A stretch of 64,000 nucleotides of DNA, taken from positions 53,508,001 to 53,572,000 of the forward strand of contig NC_058368.1 of NCBI RefSeq assembly GCF_018350175.1, in the 5' to 3' direction. This DNA comes from Felis catus (lineage: Eukaryota). The notes beneath the pieces are model-generated. The model was not told the DNA's origin, searched no databases, and worked only from the letters and a program-made list of their open reading frames with translations. Made by a program: the position numbers and the translations under genes. Below are positions 63,484 through 64,000 of this stretch, piece by piece (position 1 is the stretch's first letter; each line of letters begins with the position of its first letter).

Positions 63484-63502
63484 TGGCCACCAGAGGTCAC
63501 CT
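63484..63502 (+). promoter_or_regulatory. Candidate CTCF site
   Basis: TGGCCACCAGAGGTCACC: one mismatch to core CCASYAGRKGGCRS. Confidence 0.55.
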
Positions 63503-64000
63503 GGAGAGGTCCGTGCTGGGGCTGTGGTTTTATCTATGTGCCATGAAGAAAGAACTATGTTCTTGTCAAACTCCTGCCTCCTTACTGGTAACATTTAACC
63601 TTGACTTTCAGATTCTGTCCTTGGCCCTTCAGCTATTTTAAAGTCCAGTCTTTATGCCTTTGTGCATTATATGCTGCTTTTATAAGATAGAAAATTCTTA
63701 TTTGGGAATATTTGCTTTCTTTAACAAAGTATTTTAAGATGGTATCTAGAATTCCTAGTATATACTTATTTTCACCTATACACACATAAGGGTTAATTTT
63801 GATTCAGGGAGAGATTTGATTTAGAGCTGGACAGTGTTTCTCTAACTTTCTGTGTTGACGGATCAATTTCTTTTTCAAGATCTTGTGGACCGATACTTTC
63901 TAGAATCCAGTAAAATTACTCAGGTAAAGGAAATAAACTCTGAAGACCTGCAAAGTACAAATGCTAACTTACTTTTAGATTTTTGCTGACAAAATTCACT

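Overview
Mammalian (carnivore, almost certainly felid/domestic cat) genomic DNA, identified by ~39 tRNA-derived CanSINEs including young SINEC_Fc-type copies. The window is essentially non-coding. Its left end holds a probable terminal exon (acceptor at 595-596) and an AT-rich 3' UTR with several poly(A) signals (~0.6-3.9 kb) of a + strand gene I cannot name. The rest is repeat-rich: L1, L2, MIR, MaLR/ERVL LTRs, MER5 and microsatellites. The most notable unexplained element is an orphan CpG-island-like promoter at ~30.1-30.7 kb with CTCF, ETS, GC-box, CCAAT, clustered MYB-type motifs, a CDE/CHR-like element and two GTAAGT donors, but no recognisable coding exon in the following 33 kb. It may drive a germline or cell-cycle lncRNA, or a gene with a long 5' UTR/first intron. 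A second small CpG cluster with a splice donor (~60.8 kb) lies next to an intact solo ERVL-type LTR. None of the supplied ORFs looks like a real gene: they are repeat-derived or random. Repeat subfamily names come from recognition of consensus sequences by eye, and boundaries without a stated TSD are approximate.
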